The position numbers and the translations under genes were made by a program. Below are positions 63,367-64,000 of a DNA stretch of 64,000 nt, in pieces; the first letter of the stretch is position 1; every line of letters begins with the position of its first letter. The stretch is from Minisyncoccia bacterium (GTDB lineage: Bacteria > Patescibacteriota > Minisyncoccia > Phycocordibacterales > UBA918): contig JBKJIT010000003.1 of NCBI GenBank assembly GCA_046598345.1, forward strand, positions 156,549 through 220,548, in the 5' to 3' direction. The notes beneath the pieces are model-generated. The model was given only the letters and a program-made list of their open reading frames with translations, made no database searches and was not told the DNA's origin.

Positions 63367-63395
63367 TTGAGATAATGAGTAGGCTATAGCATAAT
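63367..63395 (+). promoter_or_regulatory. Sigma70-like promoter for the array
   Basis: TTGAGA-N17-CATAAT ending 18 bp before unit 1. Confidence 0.55.
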
Positions 63396-63412
63396 CGCGC
63401 GAGTTAGTTTTT

Positions 63413-63609
63413 TGGTGGCGAGTGAATAAATGCTTCGATTCGGACGGTGCCACCATCAACCGCGACGAAGTCGCGGTTGAGAATTTTTGAGGGGCGAATA
63501 GTAAGCTGTGGCGAGGATCCAAGTGCCCCTCACCCCGCGCTGACTCATCAGCGCGGGAACTCTTTCGGGTGGCGAGTCGCAACTTGTTGCGATGGAACGA
63601 CTGCCACCT
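63413..63609 (+). ncRNA. TIGR-like stem-loop guide RNA array, 3 dual-spacer units
   Basis: Each unit is stem-CGA-N9-TG-N3-CGA-N9-TG-stem (63413-63455, 63488-63532, 63567-63609), separated by GC hairpins. Confidence 0.8.
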
Positions 63610-63610
63610 T

Positions 63611-63641
63611 AAAACCCGCGTTTCGACGCGGGTTTTCTTTT
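63611..63641 (+). terminator. Intrinsic terminator closing the array
   Basis: aaaacccgcgt-ttcg-acgcgggtttt-ctttt. Confidence 0.8.
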
Positions 63642-63841
63642 GGCAAAATTTGAAGGGCTGCCTCTGTCTTCATAATCCCCCATGAAGGAATTCATTACGT
63701 AAGCGGGATTGCGTACATCTCAGATGACAGGGTGAGGGCAATGTACAGACTCGTACGTACTAAAGAAGACTGACATTAAAACCCCGCGCCAATCTCTGGC
63801 GCGGGGTTTTTAACATTTTGTGCATTCCATCACTACTTTTC

Positions 63842-64000
63842 TTAATACCGCTCCATATCAGTTTCAAGTTCTGAAGTACGGGTACGTTCTTCAAGTTCCA
63901 TTTCTTGTCGTGTGTCTTCTTTGGCTCGTTTAGCTGCTTCGCGCATTTCATTCCAGCGGGCTTTGAAATTCGCTTTCACCCGTTCCACATGGGAAATGCT
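63842..64000 (-). CDS. 3' end of an unidentified gene running off the window
   Basis: Open frame ...SISHVERVKANFKARWNEMREAAKRAKEDTRQEMELEERTRTSELETDMERY*, followed by terminator at 63778-63810. Confidence 0.6.
   Translation of the reverse strand, partial: SISHVERVKANFKARWNEMREAAKRAKEDTRQEMELEERTRTSELETDMERY

Noticed and set aside
63413-63609. CRISPR array or tandem riboswitch interpretation of the three units
   Set aside because: No 25-40-bp identical repeats and no cas genes; the variable parts are fixed-length 9-mers rather than a conserved aptamer core.
63760-63951. 63-aa ORF in the track
   Set aside because: Runs through a terminator and overlaps a better open frame extending off the window.
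63842-64000. Partial ORF as the Tas effector
   Set aside because: Only 52 charged helical residues are visible and I see no Nop, RuvC or HNH motif; it cannot be assigned.

Overview
Chromosomal window from what is most likely a Patescibacteria/CPR (Parcubacteria-type) genome. This is inferred from the CPR-style type IV pilus locus, compact RF2, tRNA-Ile(UAU), group I introns in tRNAs and many small membrane proteins. Core genes: ftsH, recG, malic enzyme, prmC, comF, a full pilM-N-O-P-B-T-C/pilin/pilD cluster interrupted by a REP-associated tyrosine transposase, ligA, gatC, gatA, prfB, ftsE, ftsX and pyrG. There are eight tRNA genes. Two carry group I introns, and each of those sits directly behind a free-standing LAGLIDADG-type gene. 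An accessory region (about 46.6-60 kb) follows tRNA-Gln. It contains a redox/methionine-repair cluster with a repeated palindromic operator, REP-like palindromes and a junction motif repeated after stop codons. The most striking observation is at 63.4-63.6 kb: a promoter-driven array of three stem-enclosed units with the exact pattern CGA-N9-TG-N3-CGA-N9-TG, separated by hairpins. This is the architecture of a TIGR (dual-spacer guide RNA) stem-loop array, but no recognisable Tas gene lies in the window. Other unexplained structure includes several families of covarying hairpin elements and sense/antisense tRNA-end copies around nearly every tRNA, plus a promoter/terminator-bounded ~530-nt ORF-less transcript. 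All calls were made by eye from motifs; no searches were run.
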